Origin: a virus
Reading direction: 5' to 3' (one strand)
IMG/VR virus record: IMGVR_UViG_3300017989_000002
DNA length: 64,000 nucleotides
Position numbers and translations under genes: made by a program
The notes under the pieces: generated by a model
The model's database searches: none
Seen by the model: the letters and a program-made list of their open reading frames with translations, nothing else
What the model was told of the DNA's origin: nothing
In this document: piece by piece, positions 20,007 through 29,239 of the stretch
Numbering within the stretch: the first letter of the stretch is position 1
Layout of the letters: each line of letters starts with the position of its first letter

Positions 20007-20662
20007 CAGAGCACCACGGGAACTTGGTAGGAGCCGCCGGAGTAGTCCTTGAGTCGGACCAGCGCGACGGCCTGATTGTCTTCGTAGAGGATGCCCTCGA
20101 AGGAGAAGGAGCGCAGCCTCTCGTTGGCCGGGATCTTCTGTCCGCGCTGCCTGGAGGTGAAGTACGCCTGCGTGGCGTCCACGGCCTGGGCGACCGCCGC
20201 CGCGGGGTCTGTGCCGTTGGAGATGCTGTTCGTGATCTCCTCACCGAGCCCGCCTCCGCTCGACCGGTCGAACTTGTTGGACCTCGGCCCAGACAGCATC
20301 ACCCGAACAACCTGCTGGATGAGCTTCTGGAGCCCGCTCTGTGCCCGGGGGCGGCGGGTGATGGCGTGGATGAGCCGGACCCGGTGCCTGCCCGTGGCGA
20401 ACGAGCCGTAGACCACGAAGACCATGTTCGTGAGCGGCGCATCGTCCAGCGTGGACGGGAGGCGCAGCAAGACCTCGTAGTCGTTGACGATGGTGAAGTC
20501 GTCGATCCCGAGGTCGTTGACGAGGACGCGCGTTGCTGCTCCGAGGCCTCCACCGCTGGCCTCGAGCAGCAACGTCCGGGGCTCGCCGGAGAAGGTCTCC
20601 ACCTCGGAAGCACCGGTGACCGTGAAGTCGTCCACCAGTTGCATGGTCTGCAAGTCCCTCAT
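20006..20662 (-). CDS. gp25-like baseplate wedge protein with N-terminal Ig/IPT-like domain
   Basis: GLQKLIQQV.RVML..P.SN...GGG..ERL motif; directly upstream of baseplate J. Confidence 0.65.
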   Translation of the reverse strand: MRDLQTMQLVDDFTVTGASEVETFSGEPRTLLLEASGGGLGAATRVLVNDLGIDDFTIVNDYEVLLRLPSTLDDAPLTNMVFVVYGSFATGRHRVRLIHAITRRPRAQSGLQKLIQQVVRVMLSGPRSNKFDRSSGGGLGEEITNSISNGTDPAAAVAQAVDATQAYFTSRQRGQKIPANERLRSFSFEGILYEDNQAVALVRLKDYSGGSYQVPVVL

Positions 20663-23600
20663 CCCACCTCCGTGAACTCGTCAGGGTGGTCGATGATGTA
20701 CTGCAGAGCTGCCTTGGCGCCCTCGATGTCTCTGTTGATGCGGTCCACCTTCGACCCGGTCTGTGCCAGCCAAGGCAGCGTGTCGTCTTGCTCCGACACC
20801 GCGTCCGTGACCGGCGTGCCCACCAACTCGTACACCGCCCGGTTCCTCTCGTCTTCCGGACTCACCTCGGACACCCTCTTGGCGTGCTCGTCTGCGCCCA
20901 GCCGGAGAGCGGCCTGGCCCATGCCCGCATGCGCGCCCCCCAGGGCCCCCAGCGCGGCCGCTCCGTCGCCGCGGGCCAGGTTCCCGTCTCCAGGACGCCC
21001 CCGGCCGGCGCTGTCGACGGAGCCGCCTGCCGAGCGGAGGGCGGAGGCTGCGTTGCCCAAGTACGAGGCTGCCTCTCTCGACAGCGAAGACAGGCCCGGG
21101 AGGTTGCCGCTGCGGAGGGTGTCGGAGGCCCGGTCGAGCCCGGACTCCACCAAGAGAGCAAGAGCCGCGCGTACGGACTCCGACGGCGCTACCTCGTACT
21201 GGTCCAGGAGAGCCGCGATCTCCCGAAGCCGGGAGTCGATGACGCTCGTGCGGTACAGGGCCTCGCTGATGGAGGTCCGCTCCATCGCCCAGGATGCCAC
21301 GACCAGAGCGACGTCCACCTCGGGGGTGATGGAGACGCGGTCGCTGTCCACCTGCGTGATGTAGTGGCGGCTGCGCGCGCCGCCGGCGTGCGTGAGGGTG
21401 ATGAGCTCGCCGTACCGCGCACCAGCGAGCTCGACGTCGACGTCGAGCTCCAGTAGGGGCGTGAGGTCGTCGTCGTCGCCGTCGTTGCGCACAACGACAG
21501 GACCGCCAGAGGCCACGGAGTCCCCTTCCTCTCCTCCGTCCTGGAAGGCGCGCGCCAAGAAGGCGGAGAGCTGGGTGAGGTCGCTGCCCGGGACAGGCAG
21601 GGCCTCAAGCTGGTGGTCGAAGAGAAGCCAGCGACCGTACTCGTTGCTACCGCCCCGGGTCACAACGGCCAGGGCGCCTGCCACGCCGGCGGGGATGACT
21701 TCCGTGAGGCTCACCTCGGTGTAGCCACCTGTGGGGTCCTCGGACACGACTGCGCGGGTTGCCGGAACAGTCCAGAGCGTCAGGAGGTCCCCCTCCTCGG
21801 CCCCTACCGCAGCCCCGGGAAGCCGCAGTTCCGTCGTGCGGCCCTCCACCTCGGCCCACACCTCGTAGGGCACCCGTGACCGCCCCACGTTGAACTTGGT
21901 CCGGACCGTCAAGGTGTCGTTCACGCCGTCGCCGTCCAGGTCGATGACCTCAAGGACAGGGACCTTGTAGGTCGGCGTGGAGTTGATCTTGAGCAGCGTC
22001 CCCACGAGCTCCTGCCCGAAGCCTCCGACGGCGTCGTACTCGAGAGCACCGTCTTCGTCGGTCAGGCGGTCCGACACGTCGGAGCTTGTCGGCTCCACGA
22101 TGAAGTAGTCGAGGTCGATGCCGACGGCGGGCGGGACCGGGCGGGACAGGCGCAGCCTGCCGTCCACGATCTGGTCGATGGGGTACCGGACGCCCTCGTA
22201 GAGGAGCTCGTGCCGGGGGTAGACCGGGTCGTACAGGGCGTAGGGGATGCCGGACACTCCCTGGGGGATGCGCCCGGATACGCGCACCTCGCTCGCCCCG
22301 TAGATCTCGAGGACCTGCACCCTCTGCTCGTTGGCCTCCCCCGGCCAGAGCGCCAAGGTCGTGCCGAGGGGTAGGCCATCGAACGGGCTGTTGGCGAAGT
22401 CGGAGAACCTGTCCGTCCAGTCCCCGGCGCGCACGCTCCACTCCAGCAGAGGCGCGTCATCGTAGGGGACGCCTGCACGCAGGTCGAGGGCAGTGCTGCG
22501 GCCCGGCGTGGGCCTCGACCATGGCACGTCCGACCCCGCCACGCGGAGGGCCACGGGGTAGCCGTTGACCACCGGAGGGAGGAGGGACAGGTCGATGCCG
22601 TCGTCCTGGTCGAAGGACTGGGACACTGCATCGTCCCGGTAGGTGAGCCACTCGTGTCCCGAGACGAAGTCCGTCTGGACCCAGGATGAGGTGAGGCGCA
22701 GCCTGGTCTGGCTCAAGACCTCGTCCACCGCGTGAGGGGAGCCGTCGAGGTACACGACGTCACCCGCGGTGATGCCATCCGACAAGAACGCGGCGTCCGT
22801 GTCTACGACCTCGTCGTCGGGCAGAAGGACTCGCCACCCCATCCCTGTCTCGTGCAGCAGCGTAGAGTCCAGCCGGACTGCATCGTCCGACAGAACCTCC
22901 ACCACCGAGTAGAGCCCGTCGTTGGATGCTGTCCCGTAGATCTCGACGACAGACCCCACCTGCACATTCGCCGTGAGGAAGCCCGCGCCGGGCTGCGAGA
23001 GAACCCTGTCGTTCGACGGCCACCGCACGATGCGCCAGTTGGGGTACACGTCCACCGTGAACGGGGGGTCCACGACAAGGTAGTCCTCCGAGAGGGCGTA
23101 CTGGATGGTGAGGACGGTCGACGCCCCGTCCCCAAGCTCCAGGTCCCATCCCGGAGCAACGCCATCGGTGATGAAGGACGCTCCGAGGTAGGTGAAGTAG
23201 TAGCCGGGGATGATCAGAGCGCCGTCCGGCGGTCCCGACAAGAACCACGGGTCACCCTCCCCTGCGGCGCCGGCAAGCAGCACACGCGTCGCGCCGCTGC
23301 CCGAGGCCTCGACGGTGCGGGGGTAGAAGCCCTTCGTGCCTGACGAGATGACCGACGAGGCCGTCTGCCCATCCTCGTACTTGACCCAGAAGTCGACGTT
23401 GGGGTCCTCGAAGTACGTCCCGGCGGGCTCCCTCGTCACGAACCACTTCGTGTCGGCGATGTTCTTCGAGATCTCGGGCACCACGCGCAGGTGGTCGACC
23501 GTGGTCGCAGGGTCCGAGACGACGCGGTGCGTGACGCCTGTGGCGTAGAGGAACAGGCTGTCGCCCACGCTCAGCCCGAGCACAGACCAGTCCGGCGTGG

Positions 23601-24558
23601 ACGTGTCCTGGAACTTGGGGGTGGTCAGGTCGCCGTCGAGGTCGTCTTGAGCAAAGCCCTGCGTACCCAAGACGAGCGGGTCCACGTAGACCCGACCGTT
23701 GAATCCTGCCAGGACTGCCGCAGGAGGCGCTACGGCGGCAAGGCCCGTCGCCGCCTTGAAGGCCCGCTCCGTGTAGGCGTCGTCGCGAGGACCAGTCACG
23801 ACCTCGCCCAGAGGTGTCTGCGCGGTCCCGACGGCGCCCATCGCGGCGTAGGCCGCTGCGAGCTCGGTCGCGATGCTCTCCATCCGGGCTGCTTGATCTT
23901 CGTCGTTGAGGAGAGGGACCTCCTGCTCGAGGGCCCGCAGCAAGGTCGCACACGCAGTGCTCACGCGCGCCGAGATGAGCGTCCGGAGGTCGAGGGCAGC
24001 TCCCTCATCCACGCTGGCCCTGACCGATGCCTTCCCGCCCTCCAGGCGGGCGAGGCCGCGCTCCAGGGAGGGGAGAACTCCTCGCAGGAGTGCGCGAGCC
24101 CCCGTGCGAGATCCGCCACTGCGCAGGTTCGGAGCCACAGCGTCTTGCAGGTACTCCTTCACCTGCTGCCTGAAGGCCGACACCTGCTCGTCGGCGTAGG
24201 CCCCCGTCACCAGGTGGGCGTCCAGGCGGCCGAGCGACGCCCTGGCCGAGGACAGGCCCTCGGTGGTCACGATGCGCGTGAGCTCCGGGTTCTCCAGCGC
24301 TCGGATGCCGCCGTCCGACAGCATCGTCTCCGTGAGCGCCAGGACAGACTCGATGTCGGTCCTGAAGCGCGTCGCAGCGAGGTAGGCGAGGTAGAACACG
24401 GCGCGGTCATCGGCGTGCATGGCCGCCAGGACCGTGTTCGACAGCTGGCTGTAGTAGCGGTCGGGCGCCTCGGATGCGTCCGGTCTGCGCGCGAAGTTCG
24501 TGGTCGTCGGGATGACCTTCCCGACTGCATCCACAACATCGTCGCGCTCAATCGCCAA
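20659..24558 (-). CDS. Large virion protein: helical ends flanking tandem beta-modules (1299 aa)
   Basis: Many F...GV..GD repeats; TTG start after GCAGGAGG RBS. Confidence 0.65.
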   Translation of the reverse strand: MAIERDDVVDAVGKVIPTTTNFARRPDASEAPDRYYSQLSNTVLAAMHADDRAVFYLAYLAATRFRTDIESVLALTETMLSDGGIRALENPELTRIVTTEGLSSARASLGRLDAHLVTGAYADEQVSAFRQQVKEYLQDAVAPNLRSGGSRTGARALLRGVLPSLERGLARLEGGKASVRASVDEGAALDLRTLISARVSTACATLLRALEQEVPLLNDEDQAARMESIATELAAAYAAMGAVGTAQTPLGEVVTGPRDDAYTERAFKAATGLAAVAPPAAVLAGFNGRVYVDPLVLGTQGFAQDDLDGDLTTPKFQDTSTPDWSVLGLSVGDSLFLYATGVTHRVVSDPATTVDHLRVVPEISKNIADTKWFVTREPAGTYFEDPNVDFWVKYEDGQTASSVISSGTKGFYPRTVEASGSGATRVLLAGAAGEGDPWFLSGPPDGALIIPGYYFTYLGASFITDGVAPGWDLELGDGASTVLTIQYALSEDYLVVDPPFTVDVYPNWRIVRWPSNDRVLSQPGAGFLTANVQVGSVVEIYGTASNDGLYSVVEVLSDDAVRLDSTLLHETGMGWRVLLPDDEVVDTDAAFLSDGITAGDVVYLDGSPHAVDEVLSQTRLRLTSSWVQTDFVSGHEWLTYRDDAVSQSFDQDDGIDLSLLPPVVNGYPVALRVAGSDVPWSRPTPGRSTALDLRAGVPYDDAPLLEWSVRAGDWTDRFSDFANSPFDGLPLGTTLALWPGEANEQRVQVLEIYGASEVRVSGRIPQGVSGIPYALYDPVYPRHELLYEGVRYPIDQIVDGRLRLSRPVPPAVGIDLDYFIVEPTSSDVSDRLTDEDGALEYDAVGGFGQELVGTLLKINSTPTYKVPVLEVIDLDGDGVNDTLTVRTKFNVGRSRVPYEVWAEVEGRTTELRLPGAAVGAEEGDLLTLWTVPATRAVVSEDPTGGYTEVSLTEVIPAGVAGALAVVTRGGSNEYGRWLLFDHQLEALPVPGSDLTQLSAFLARAFQDGGEEGDSVASGGPVVVRNDGDDDDLTPLLELDVDVELAGARYGELITLTHAGGARSRHYITQVDSDRVSITPEVDVALVVASWAMERTSISEALYRTSVIDSRLREIAALLDQYEVAPSESVRAALALLVESGLDRASDTLRSGNLPGLSSLSREAASYLGNAASALRSAGGSVDSAGRGRPGDGNLARGDGAAALGALGGAHAGMGQAALRLGADEHAKRVSEVSPEDERNRAVYELVGTPVTDAVSEQDDTLPWLAQTGSKVDRINRDIEGAKAALQYIIDHPDEFTEVG

Positions 24559-24613
24559 GGGCCCCTCCTGCCGGATCTACCCTATCGCACGCCGTGAAAC
24601 CGTGCCCTGCGGC

Positions 24614-24623
24614 GTCGCATAAG
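24614..24623 (+). promoter_or_regulatory. GTCGCATAAG motif, copy 1
   Basis: Exact 10-mer found 4 times, always intergenic. Confidence 0.65.
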
Positions 24624-24628
24624 GGCTT

Positions 24629-24750
24629 GGTGGAGAGGGCCCCTCGGCGTCCCCCACCGAGCGGCAGGAGGTTGGTCTCTCTGCCCTCCGAGGTTCTCCA
24701 TTGACCGCGGCCCTGGAGGCCCGAGCGCGCAGCTCGGGCCTCCAGGTGTC
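24629..24750 (+). ncRNA. Candidate structured small RNA
   Basis: Multi-branch pairing begins 6 nt after the promoter-like motif and ends at a 15-bp hairpin; no credible ORF. Confidence 0.35.
24712..24746. terminator. 15-bp perfect hairpin
   Basis: cctggaggcccgagc-gcgca-gctcgggcctccagg, just downstream of the 24769 stop. Confidence 0.7.
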
Positions 24751-24768
24751 GCACCTCGTGCTTCTTCG

Positions 24769-25407
24769 CTACGAGACGACGACGCCGAAGGCCGCGGGAA
24801 GCGTGGGGTCCGGCAGGCTGATGTGCTCCAGGACCTCCCCCTCGCTGGTCTGGTTCGTCCCGACGAAGCCCTGGTCGATGGCCGTGACCTCGAGGGACGC
24901 CGCACCCACGCTCTCGGCACACAGGCCGGAGGTCCCGTGCAGAGCCACCGCCTCGTCGTCAGAGGCCACGGTCGCGTACTGTGGAGGGATCTCCGCCTCC
25001 GTCCCATCCGACATCTCGGCCACCAGGTCGAGAACGGCGACCTCGCCGACGTCCAGGAGGAGGGGGTCGTCCCCGTCGTACCGCACCACCTTGACGTAGG
25101 GGAACAGCCAGTCGATGAGGACGGCCTCGTCCTGGGCCGGGACCGTACGACGGAGCGTGATGTCCGAGCGGAACGGGTGGTCGATCTGCACCGTCGCGCC
25201 TTGGATGAGCTGGAAGGCCACGAGGCCGCTCCCGTCGCTCGTCGCCTCGACTCCCTGTCCCGTGACCCAGTTCATGGCGTCCGTCGTCATCGGAACCTCG
25301 AGGTTCCGGATGCGGAGAGGGATCCCCACGCGCGGGCGGCCGCTCACGTCCAGCAGGTAGCCGGCGATGGTGCAGAGGGCGGGAGGTACGGGGTCGGGAA
25401 GGGGCAT
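24769..25407 (-). CDS. Structural protein with prealbumin-like and Ig-like domains
   Basis: CTIAG.L.D.SGRP..G..SDGSGLV.F.L.QG; ASDDEAVA Ig-like motif. Confidence 0.6.
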   Translation of the reverse strand: MPLPDPVPPALCTIAGYLLDVSGRPRVGIPLRIRNLEVPMTTDAMNWVTGQGVEATSDGSGLVAFQLIQGATVQIDHPFRSDITLRRTVPAQDEAVLIDWLFPYVKVVRYDGDDPLLLDVGEVAVLDLVAEMSDGTEAEIPPQYATVASDDEAVALHGTSGLCAESVGAASLEVTAIDQGFVGTNQTSEGEVLEHISLPDPTLPAAFGVVVS

Positions 25408-26129
25408 CAGGTCTTGACCTTGGCGAGAGCCCCCGAGGGCGAGGAAGACACGAGCTTTGGCGGCTTCGGGGCCTTGATCTTCGTGGTCCCGAAGCTGCCC
25501 ACGGACGCCTTGGGTAGAGTGGGCGGCTTCATCTTGACCTTGAAGGAGGGCGTCTTCGGCTTCGCCAGGGGCTTGAGCAGCTTCAGGGCCATCTTCGCGG
25601 CACCCGCCTGCTTGGACATGCCCTGCCGGCGGTAGAACTGGCCTCTGGCGGTGTTGTCCGGGTGAGGGCCCAGCACCCGACGGGTCTGACGGTCCACCAT
25701 CGCGCTCTGGCCGCCGAAGACGTGCCTCGCGCGGGACGCCCGGGCGGCCTCGATGGCGTCCACGAGGTGCTGCGACGGGACGTGGGTCACGCCGGCAGCG
25801 ACCTCGGGCTTGCCCAGCCCGAACATGCGAGACAGGACCTTCGCGTCAGCAAGGTCCGCTCGGCGAGCCATGACCTCTCGGCCCCGGCCTCCCCCCACCG
25901 CGGCAGTGCCGCCGAGCGCCGCCCCCAGCGCAGCGCCCCGGAGCATGCGCCCGATGCGCTCACGAACTTCGGGGCGCGTGAGGTTCCGGCCCTGGACCTG
26001 CCCTGTGTGGTCGCGCCAGAACTGCTCCTCCGAGGGCTCGTAGGTGGCGGCGCCCGTAGCGGCCCCGGCGGCCGCCCCTGGGGCAGCACCGAGAAGGAAC
26101 TCGAGGGCTCGGGCAGCCGCTGGCTTCAT
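25407..26129 (-). CDS. Ala/Gly/Lys-rich putative internal virion protein (MSKQA tag)
   Basis: Gly-zipper helices; MSKQA followed by a Lys/Pro-rich basic tail. Confidence 0.6.
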   Translation of the reverse strand: MKPAAARALEFLLGAAPGAAAGAATGAATYEPSEEQFWRDHTGQVQGRNLTRPEVRERIGRMLRGAALGAALGGTAAVGGGRGREVMARRADLADAKVLSRMFGLGKPEVAAGVTHVPSQHLVDAIEAARASRARHVFGGQSAMVDRQTRRVLGPHPDNTARGQFYRRQGMSKQAGAAKMALKLLKPLAKPKTPSFKVKMKPPTLPKASVGSFGTTKIKAPKPPKLVSSSPSGALAKVKT

Positions 26130-26216
26130 GGGCAGACCTCCGTCGGGATACTAGCGTGGGAGGATGAAATCCGCGAGACGAGCGGCGCACAAGAGCTTGA
26201 GACCCAAGGAGGTTCC

Positions 26217-26915
26217 ATGCGTACCCTGACCATCATCATCCCGGCCGTCCTGCTCACCGGGTGCCTCGCCTCTCGAGGTACCGTCACCGTCGAGGACACC
26301 GGCCCCGAGGCCGCGGACACCTCGGAGGACATCGTCGACACCGGAGGGGCGGACACAGGCCTGCCTGAGGACAGCGACGAGGTCGAGCCGTGGATCATCA
26401 CGGGCGACCTGACCATCGAGAACAGCCGCGACCTCGAAGGCCTGGAGGGGCTCGCCGCAATCAACGGAGACCTGACCGTCCGCAACGTGGACTCCCTCCC
26501 CACGTTGGCAGATCTCCGTCAGGTCCGTGGCATGGTCGCGTTCGAGTTCACGCGCCTGCGGGACCTCGACGACCTGTCCAGCCTCGAGGACGTCGAAGGA
26601 CTGCGCTTCCGCTCGAACGATGACCTGGAGGACATCAGCGGCCTCGACGGCCTGCTGTCCCTCGGCCGCGTCGAGATGACGGACAACGACTCGCTCGAGG
26701 CGTTCTCCGCGGCAGTGCCGGGCCACCTGGACGTCCTCTTGGTGGTCGACAACGATGCTCTACGAGACCTCGGGACGCTGGAGGGCCTCGTCTCCGCCAC
26801 CGACATCCTGGTGACGGACAACGTCGGCCTCTGCCAGACCTACGCGTTCACCGCGTTGGCGGGACTCGCCGACGGCTTCTACGTCATCGAGGACAACGAG
26901 GGCGCCTGCCCTTGA
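26217..26915 (+). CDS. Lipoprotein with receptor L-domain/LRR-like repeats
   Basis: AAGGAGG RBS; lipobox LLTGC; DTG linker; repeats L.I.N...L..L.GL..L. Confidence 0.8.
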   Translation: MRTLTIIIPAVLLTGCLASRGTVTVEDTGPEAADTSEDIVDTGGADTGLPEDSDEVEPWIITGDLTIENSRDLEGLEGLAAINGDLTVRNVDSLPTLADLRQVRGMVAFEFTRLRDLDDLSSLEDVEGLRFRSNDDLEDISGLDGLLSLGRVEMTDNDSLEAFSAAVPGHLDVLLVVDNDALRDLGTLEGLVSATDILVTDNVGLCQTYAFTALAGLADGFYVIEDNEGACP

Positions 26916-26921
26916 GGACGA

Positions 26922-26948
26922 GCGCCGGCAGCAACGTGCTGCCGGCGC
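26922..26948. terminator. 12-bp hairpin between convergent genes
   Basis: gcgccggcagca-acg-tgctgccggcgc. Confidence 0.7.
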
Positions 26949-26971
26949 CTGAGCCTACGTCGCCTTCTTCG

Positions 26972-27949
26972 CTACGCGCCGGCGTACTGACGCAAGACCA
27001 GGCGCACCGCGTCCAGGGACGCCGGGGTCTGGTACCCCGCAGGTCCCGCCCCGATGTCCTCGAGGTCGCCCGTGGCGCAGAACAGCTCGAGGACGTACGC
27101 GTACGCGTACGGAATCAGATCCTGCAGAGGCGAGAAGGTGTGCGAGCTCCCTGCAGAATCGATCTCCAGTAGAACGTCCCGGCTCCCACTCGAAGACACC
27201 CGCACCAAGCGCAGCTTGAGACCTGTGGCCGAGTCGCCCCACTGCGGGTCGATCTCGACGAACTTCCAGTGCGCCGTCGCGTTGTTGAATCCGTCCAGCT
27301 TGTAGAGGATGTGACTCAGGTCGAGGCGAGCATACAGGTCCGTCTTCACCCCCGTGGTGTTCCACTGGATGACCCTCAGAGCACCAGAGGGCACCCAGTC
27401 TGCGGCCATCTGCACGACGATGGGCAAGCCTTCCAGGATGATGGGAAGGATGGGCTGGAAGGCCGACGCTGCGAACATCATCTCCACGTTGACGCCAGGC
27501 GTCGCGCTGCGCCAAGTACCGGACCCGGCGCGGTCGACGCTGACGTTGGTGCTGAGGATGAGGTTCTCGTCGTCCGTCTTCGTGCTCACCGTGAACGGAG
27601 TCTCGTCCCCTTGGATGTAGAAGTAGTCGCCTTCCTCCACATTGGCGAACTGCCCGGAAGGTCCACTGACGTTCGGAGAACCCGACGTGCAGGTCAGGGA
27701 GGAGCCGTCATCCGAGGCCGTCGAGTACTCCGTCCCGAACAGGTCACTGCCCGTGTCGGTTTCCGTGCGCACACCCAGGTGGGGCTGCAGGACTCCTCCT
27801 GAGCGGATGGCGACGTCAGGGAAGCCCTCCCAGGCGTATGCCCCTCGCGCGAACTCCAGAACGCCCAAGCCCTGGACCCGGGTCAGGCGGCTGGAGAATG
27901 CCTTGAAAGACCCGTCCATGAACCTGGAGATGGTGTCGCGAATGCTCAT
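26972..27949 (-). CDS. Virion structural protein
   Basis: Contains the shared beta-module (FANVEEGDYFYI); structural context. Confidence 0.55.
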   Translation of the reverse strand: MSIRDTISRFMDGSFKAFSSRLTRVQGLGVLEFARGAYAWEGFPDVAIRSGGVLQPHLGVRTETDTGSDLFGTEYSTASDDGSSLTCTSGSPNVSGPSGQFANVEEGDYFYIQGDETPFTVSTKTDDENLILSTNVSVDRAGSGTWRSATPGVNVEMMFAASAFQPILPIILEGLPIVVQMAADWVPSGALRVIQWNTTGVKTDLYARLDLSHILYKLDGFNNATAHWKFVEIDPQWGDSATGLKLRLVRVSSSGSRDVLLEIDSAGSSHTFSPLQDLIPYAYAYVLELFCATGDLEDIGAGPAGYQTPASLDAVRLVLRQYAGA

Positions 27950-28245
27950 GTTGCCGCCACGGTGAAGGGATCGGGTACGTCGGACAGTAACGTGAAGAGG
28001 TCAGCCGTGTCCTCCGCAGGAACGTCGAACTCCCGCGACAGTCCGCGCTGCAGGATGGAGACTCGGACACGGATGCCCTGCACCAGGTCGAAGGACACCA
28101 GGCCGGCGTCATCGGACTCGTAGGTCCGCTCCTGGGCAGCGACGGACGTCACCGGCGTCGGAGGCACGTAGACCGAGACACGGACACCCTCGAGGGGTGC
28201 CTCCGCCTGGTCCGTGAACGTGCCGGTGATCGTGCAGGTGGCCAT
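27946..28245 (-). CDS. Small prealbumin-like structural protein, paralogous to the N-terminus of 24769..25407
   Basis: CTITG.F.D....P..GV..SDDAGLV.F.LVQG. Confidence 0.6.
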   Translation of the reverse strand: MATCTITGTFTDQAEAPLEGVRVSVYVPPTPVTSVAAQERTYESDDAGLVSFDLVQGIRVRVSILQRGLSREFDVPAEDTADLFTLLSDVPDPFTVAAT

Positions 28246-28451
28246 CAGGAGCTCAAGACCTCGTTGAGGAGGGCAGACGCATCATCTGCTGCTACCTCTA
28301 CCACGTCTGGAACGACCTGCTGGGTGCCCAGCTTGATGCGGCGCAGCGCGTCCGCATCGGCCTCCACCTCCGCGACCCGGGCCACGCGGTACTCCTCCAG
28401 GGCAGCGACGGTGTCCTGCATCTGCGCGGTGGTCTCGGGAGACAGCGGCAT
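28245..28451 (-). CDS. Small helical hypothetical protein (68 aa)
   Basis: ATG overlaps the sigma-factor stop codon. Confidence 0.55.
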   Translation of the reverse strand: MPLSPETTAQMQDTVAALEEYRVARVAEVEADADALRRIKLGTQQVVPDVVEVAADDASALLNEVLSS

Positions 28452-29236
28452 CACATCCCCCGGCGCTTCATGCGCTCGTCGATCTTGCCCTGGATGCTGT
28501 TCCGGATGCGCGACACCGTGGGCGCGCTCACGCCCATCTTCTTCGCCGTCTGCGTGCCGTTGAGCTGGGGGCGCCCGTACATGCCGTGCTGGTACTCGAA
28601 GACGGTGCGCTCCCGCGGAGAGAGGTCCTGGTAGATGTACCGCATGATCTCGCGCTGGGTTCCGGAGCGCATGTCCTCGAGCTTGTCCGGCTCGGTGGCC
28701 GCCAAGGACTCGATGTGGTCGGCCCGGTTCACGTCGATGCGCATCTTGTCCACGTGAGAGGGGGTCCACTGGTTGGTGGCTCGAAGCCTGCCGGCCTCCG
28801 CGAGGCTGGTGTTCATCCTCTCGGCGATGGTCTGCGTGTCGGGCTCGTGGCCGAGCTCCTCCTCGAGCCCGGAGACGACCTCTCGGAACAGGCCGATCTG
28901 CCTGCTGCGCCGGTAGGGGATGCGCCCGATGTTGGCGTGCTTCGACACGTCGGAGTGCACGCCCTGGAGGTACTTGTAGACCCACGACTTCAGCTGGGTG
29001 TTGTGTCCAGGCTTGTAGGTCTGCAGGCCCTTCATGGCGTGGTGGTGCGCCGCCGCCAGAACCGCGGGCTCCGGGACCGGGCTGGTGCTGTACTTCGACA
29101 CCCGCTGATGGATGAGAGGCCTGATCTGCTCCATGAGCGGGATCAGCTTCTCCTCCGTGGGATCTTCTTTCCACGCCTGCCAGAGCTCGAGGTCTCGCTG
29201 GGCCTGCTGGAGCTTCTCCTTGCGGGACCACGCCAT
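28451..29236 (-). CDS. Phage-encoded sigma-70 family RNA polymerase sigma factor
   Basis: Region 2 (KGLQTYKPGHNTQLKSWV), region 3 (ELGHEPD...IAERM), region 4 HTH (LSPRERTV..AKKMGVSAPTVSRI). Confidence 0.88.
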   Translation of the reverse strand: MAWSRKEKLQQAQRDLELWQAWKEDPTEEKLIPLMEQIRPLIHQRVSKYSTSPVPEPAVLAAAHHHAMKGLQTYKPGHNTQLKSWVYKYLQGVHSDVSKHANIGRIPYRRSRQIGLFREVVSGLEEELGHEPDTQTIAERMNTSLAEAGRLRATNQWTPSHVDKMRIDVNRADHIESLAATEPDKLEDMRSGTQREIMRYIYQDLSPRERTVFEYQHGMYGRPQLNGTQTAKKMGVSAPTVSRIRNSIQGKIDERMKRRGM

Positions 29237-29239
29237 GCG

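Noticed and set aside
24632-24700. tRNA (cloverleaf-like fold ending in CCA) or glycine riboswitch on the - strand
   Set aside because: No GTTCRA T-loop, D-loop or 7-nt anticodon loop; the riboswitch resemblance is limited to a few bases. Kept only as a generic ncRNA candidate.
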